Positions 59,691-64,000 of a stretch of 64,000 nt of DNA are shown here, in pieces (within the stretch, counting starts at the first letter, position 1; every line of letters starts with the position of its first letter). Source of the stretch: Histomonas meleagridis 2922-C6/04-290x. Lineage: Eukaryota; Protista; Parabasalia. Where the stretch lies: NCBI GenBank assembly GCA_020184695.1, contig JAANOX010000211.1:10815-74814 (forward strand). Direction: 5' to 3'. The position numbers were made by a program, and so were the translations under genes. The notes beneath the pieces are model-generated. The model ran no database searches. It had not been told where the DNA came from and was given only the letters and a program-made list of their open reading frames with translations.

Positions 59691-59854
59691 GGGGGGCCTG
59701 TGCGAAATCCTCGGAATTTATTTCAGGATGGTGAGAACCTTATGTGCAATTTCGAGTGGTTCGGCAGAAAAGGCATAAGGCCGAACCACTCTATTATTTT
59801 CGCACATGGAAGGCGGCTTATCCCAATATAGGAGCGGTTTTTTGAATGCCCTCT
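59691..59854. ncRNA. Candidate structured non-coding RNA, class unknown
   Basis: GC-rich island; terminal stem GGGGGGC/GCCCTCT; perfect 12-bp stem GAGTGGTTCGGC/GCCGAACCACTC extended by ATGTGC/GCACAT; TATTATAA about 30 nt upstream on the + strand. Confidence 0.45.
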
Positions 59855-60027
59855 CAATTCAAAACGATCAATTTCAACGCAAAAAAACAATCAGTCGTTA
59901 TTGTCAAAGCTGGCTGGACAAATAAATAATGAAAAATCTCATTCTGGAAATTGAAATTGATCGTTATAACTACGATAAGTATTCAATCCATTTCTAGTTC
60001 TTCAAGTTAATTGATTTGACTATTCAA

Positions 60028-60654
60028 ATGGGTGCACTCGAAAGCGCTGTCTACAGGATACGTTCATTTAATGATGGACCCTACGTTGCAAGAGGTAGGT
60101 GGGGGCGATATTTAGGTCACACAGGGGATCTTGCGCCACCTGATAAACCTGATATTTTAATTGAGAATGACACTTATCCAAAGAAAATCACTATTTTTGG
60201 TATAGGCACAACAGGAAAAACAACTCTTTGTGAACTTTTACAAGGAATTGATCATGGTGATTATGAACCAACTTTTGTGAATACCTATAATATTGAAGAT
60301 GACAAGAAACAAATTTATTTATGGGATCTCGGAGGAGTTGAAAAATATTCAGAACTTTATCATATCTTCGTCCATCGTTCAGATAAGATAATTATTGTTA
60401 GTAGTCCTGATCAACCTAATTGTTTAAAAACCTTCGATGCATTAGAGCAAATTCGAGATTTTCTTGGTAAACCTCAGTTTATTATTGTATACAATAACAA
60501 AAGTGATAAATCATATGAAAAATTATTTTCATTAGATGATTTAAAGGAAAAATGTGAAAAACACCTGAAAGATTATGATTACAAAATATTTGAAGTTTCA
60601 TTACTAGAAAATATAAATACTGAATCGCTTATTGAAGAAATATTAAAATTTTAG
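60028..60654 (+). CDS. Divergent Ras-superfamily small GTPase (Arf-like DLGG; Met-Gly start)
   Basis: GIGTTGKT, WDLGG, NKSD; ATG at 60028 (MGALES..). Confidence 0.8.
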   Translation: MGALESAVYRIRSFNDGPYVARGRWGRYLGHTGDLAPPDKPDILIENDTYPKKITIFGIGTTGKTTLCELLQGIDHGDYEPTFVNTYNIEDDKKQIYLWDLGGVEKYSELYHIFVHRSDKIIIVSSPDQPNCLKTFDALEQIRDFLGKPQFIIVYNNKSDKSYEKLFSLDDLKEKCEKHLKDYDYKIFEVSLLENINTESLIEEILKF

Positions 60655-61251
60655 TTTTTGTAATATTTTTAGAAGCAGTTAAAGAGGTCGAATGCGGAAT
60701 CCGAAAATATTCAAACAAAGTAAATATAATTTTCAAATGTTTTGTTGTGTATAATTTTTTATAAATTTTTTCCTTTATAGAGTATACTGTTATTTACATG
60801 AAAAATGGAACGATAAATAGAGGTGCAGACAAATTTAAATTTTCAATTTTTTTTTTTTAAATATATATATATAAATATGCTCTCCTTTATGTACTGATAT
60901 CTTATATGTGATTTGTTTTGTTCAATTTTTTATGTTTAAAATGAATTCATAAAAAATGGGATTTCTAACATTTTTCATTTGATTTAATTATATTTTACTC
61001 ATATGTCTATAAATAAGATGTAATTTTTATTTTATTCACAAAATGATCAAAAATATGAAATTTTATATTTTTTCATTTTTGACGTAAAGATGCGAAACAT
61101 GATATTATTTATTCATTATATACTAATTAAAAATCGAAGCAAAATAATATCTATAATATTTTTTAATATTATAATATTAAACTAATCGTAAATGAGAAGT
61201 AAAAAATGAAAATGTTTTTTCGAATTTGATTTATTTTTTATTTATAGATCT

Positions 61252-61572
61252 CTAAATATTTGAATCAATTCCTTTGTGTCCATGAAGTAATTTAACTATA
61301 TCTATATGACCATTTGAAGATGAAATCATAAGTGCTGTTTCAAATAATTTAAATAGTTCCTAAATATGATTTAGGAATTCTAAAATTAAATAAAAATTTC
61401 CATAGTTAATATCAATTCCTTTTTGTTCAAGAAGAAATTTCATTAATTCGAAATTTCCTGACTCTGTTACACAAGTTAAAGTTTTCTTTTGAAGTTTACA
61501 ATCATTCATAATATATTTCACTAAAAAAATATTACCAATTTTCCTAAATTTGATTTTTATAGAAATATTCAA
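61252..61572 (-). pseudogene. Ankyrin gene fragment containing a 57-nt intervening element (61339-61395)
   Basis: ..GNFELMKFLLEQKGIDINYGN|FYLILEFLNHI*ELFKLFE|TALMISSSNGHIDIVKLL.. Confidence 0.7.
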
Positions 61573-63219
61573 AATTTACCTTCGGAAGGATTTATATAAT
61601 CTTTATGCAATTTTATGTTCATTAACAGGTTATTTTATTTTGCTTTTTTATTATGGATGGTTAAAGGTGCAATGCGATAATACAGATATAGAAAAGAAGA
61701 AGGAAAATTATTCGTCAATATTTACAATGGACTTTTGCATTGATTGTAATTATTTAAGTTCGGTAATACATTCTTTTCAATTAATTGAAAACGAGTTTTG
61801 TTTGTCAAGGATAGGTTCCATCCTATCTGAACATAATTTTTCACAATTAATATACTAATAGTATATTAAATCAAACAATTGTATCAATTGAAAGATCTTT
61901 CAATGAATTATTAATTTTAAAAATAAATAAAAATTGGATTGAACCCAAAATAGAAAAAAGATTATAATGGGAGTAATATTGGATGTGGTAAAATAATTCT
62001 TGAAAATGAGCTGATTTCTACAGTAAGAATATTCGCAATTAAAATATAAGCAAGAACTAAGATAAAATTCCCAAAAGAAGGACCTTATTATGAAATACAA
62101 TGTGAAAATGTTGATTATGAAATATTTGATTCTGGGGAAATGAATTAATTAATTTTCTTTGTGTGGACATTTTCTTAAAAAATAAAATTAGTGCAAACAG
62201 ATGGTCAATGCATTTATCTAGGTATAAAATTACCCAAAAAGTAGGAAGAAATATTGTCGCGAGATACGTAACATCAATAAATAAGTACCGATTTCCACAA
62301 ATATCAGAAGATGAAATCCAGGAAATATGTGATAATGATGTTGAGATTATTTAGTAAACACCATCCAAATAAGCTACTTATTATTGAGAAGCATCAATGT
62401 ATAAAAATGAGAATCAATTAATGATTTCAATTTATATTTAGTATTATAAAGCATAATTTATATTACCTATAATAAATAAATTATTAAATTATTATAATGT
62501 ATATAGATACATAGCATATATATTATATATTAATAAAAATATTTTCATTTTATGTCGAGTTTATAACTGATAAACTGAACACTATATGAGGTGAATATGA
62601 ACACAAAAATTTTTACGTTTTGTATCAATATTGAATGAACTGTAAAGTTGAAGTGATCCTTTAACGTATAATTCGAGTGAAAAAGTCAACCCTGATTGGC
62701 TACATATTTCATTCTTATAAATATCAAATAAATAATAAACATATTTTTTGCAATGCCATAGAAAAAGCTAATTCACTATAAAACGAAATTTTGATATTTA
62801 TTATCATTATCTTAATAATTTCAAAATAATTTTCTGATTTTTCAATTTTAACTAAGAAATCAACAATTTATTTATGAAAATTTGATTATTTTCAAAATGA
62901 AAAATTATTTCTGATGTAATATATTAAACACCTAAAATCATGTGCGTACCCCAATTTAATGTGAAGATATATTTATTTCATTTTCAAGTGTCAAATCTTT
63001 AAATAAAAGTTTTTGTCTTCTAAATATATAAAAATATCACCTACTGTTATTATTAATATTTGATATATATTTTTTAATAATTAATATAATGAAAACGACA
63101 AGATAATTATATTCTTTTCGATGTCGAACGACCGTTTAGAGCTTAGGACCCGTTTTATTTTTTTCAACCGTTTTTCACCTCATCTGGGCCATTGGCCCAG
63201 TTTTTCTCAACTCTATGCA

Positions 63220-63400
63220 TAAAATATTCAAGAATTTATTATAATATTTTTTATTGTTTCTTGGTGAAGCATATGTAAATACTGTTTGAAATCATTTAAA
63301 TAATTACCAAATAGAATCTTAAAATGAAATATTAAATTGATGAACATCTTTATCATTAATATCAATTCTCTCATGTTCATGAAGTAATTTCATCATATAA
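63220..63400 (-). pseudogene. Degraded ankyrin fragment containing a 60-nt intervening element (63286-63345)
   Basis: MKLLHEHERIDINDKD|VHQFNISF*DSIW*LFK*FQ|TVFTYAS.. Confidence 0.6.
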
Positions 63401-64000
63401 GTATTTCACATCTCCAAAGGCAAAAACATTTGGATACATCAATAAAAAATCATTAATTTTTTTTTTTAAAACTTAATTTTTAAATTATACACTTAATTCT
63501 AATAAATTTGACTTGATATATCATTTTAATTATATATTTATAATATATATTTTATTTAATTATTTAATAATTTCAAGGATGTAATGAGATATTTTTATTT
63601 CATTAAATGAATTTCCTTAACGGTCGCCAAATGGTGTTTTTGACTAATCTATAATACAAATTCGTTTTTCTGACCTTTCATTAGAAGATCTGAGCAATGA
63701 GTCAGAAATAAACAGCAACCACAACAGAAATATACTTTTGGGCCTTTTTTATTAAAAAGCAAGGATGAGCAAAAAATGAACCTGAAACAAACAGTGGTGA
63801 TTTGTTGTAAATTTTTTCTGAGAGTTTCACGAGTTCTTGTTGTTCCTTGGCGTATATTATCCTGGATATAGTTTTGATATCAATTGTTGTTTGATTCAAA
63901 TTAATTTAAATGAAGCATGATATTGAACGCCATTTTGCTTTTCGATAAACGGTCAAACAAGTTACTGTAAAATTATCGTTTGAAAGTTAACCGCTAAACA

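Noticed and set aside
59745-59780. U5 loop-like TGCCTTTT and U1A-site-like ATTGCAC on the minus strand of the RNA candidate
   Set aside because: The U5 loop lacks the invariant AC, ATTGCAC lies in a stem, and no Sm site or U1 5' end was found.
61550-62354. Short ORFs 61550..61858, 61900..62100 and 62163..62354
   Set aside because: Short, AT-rich, mostly non-ATG starts and no recognisable domain; possibly pseudogene debris.
63137-63215. Possible hAT MITE (TAGAG ends, internal CTGGGCCA-T-TGGCCCAG palindrome)
   Set aside because: TIR similarity is limited to about 5 bp plus scattered matches, and there is no TSD.
63702-63899. 65-aa minus-strand ORF
   Set aside because: TTG start and no domain; could be a relic, but unsupported.

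Overview
AT-rich eukaryotic genomic DNA, almost certainly from a parabasalid protist (Trichomonas/Tritrichomonas-like; inferred from an IBD initiator-binding protein, a DUF3447-type ankyrin gene, an R2R3 Myb, Inr/M3-like core promoters and no recognisable canonical introns). The species cannot be determined from sequence alone. It holds about 26 protein genes (GH47 mannosidase, HELQ-like helicase, tomosyn-like, two Rabs, BEACH, Myb, DHHC, TRAPPC13-like, Spt6, LST8, actin-like, CASP-like golgin, V-ATPase c, PP2A-A-like, SPAG8-like, IBD, RNase H2A, a fimbrillin-domain surface protein, a multi-WH2/SAH protein and others), tRNA-Glu(TTC), tRNA-Gly(GCC), hAT- and Tc1/mariner-type MITEs, a decayed hAT transposase and two candidate structured RNAs. 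The main observation is at 50267-53134 (-). An ankyrin gene has ten stop-free ankyrin modules downstream of its called ORF, each preceded at the same loop position by an AT-rich intervening element. Seven of the ten elements are exactly 80 nt, break the frame, lack conserved GT-AG ends, and carry a conserved 21-nt hairpin that shows a compensatory change. Related elements occur at 61.3 kb and 63.3 kb. This suggests an undescribed non-canonical intron or translational recoding system. All analysis was by eye; no searches or folding were run.
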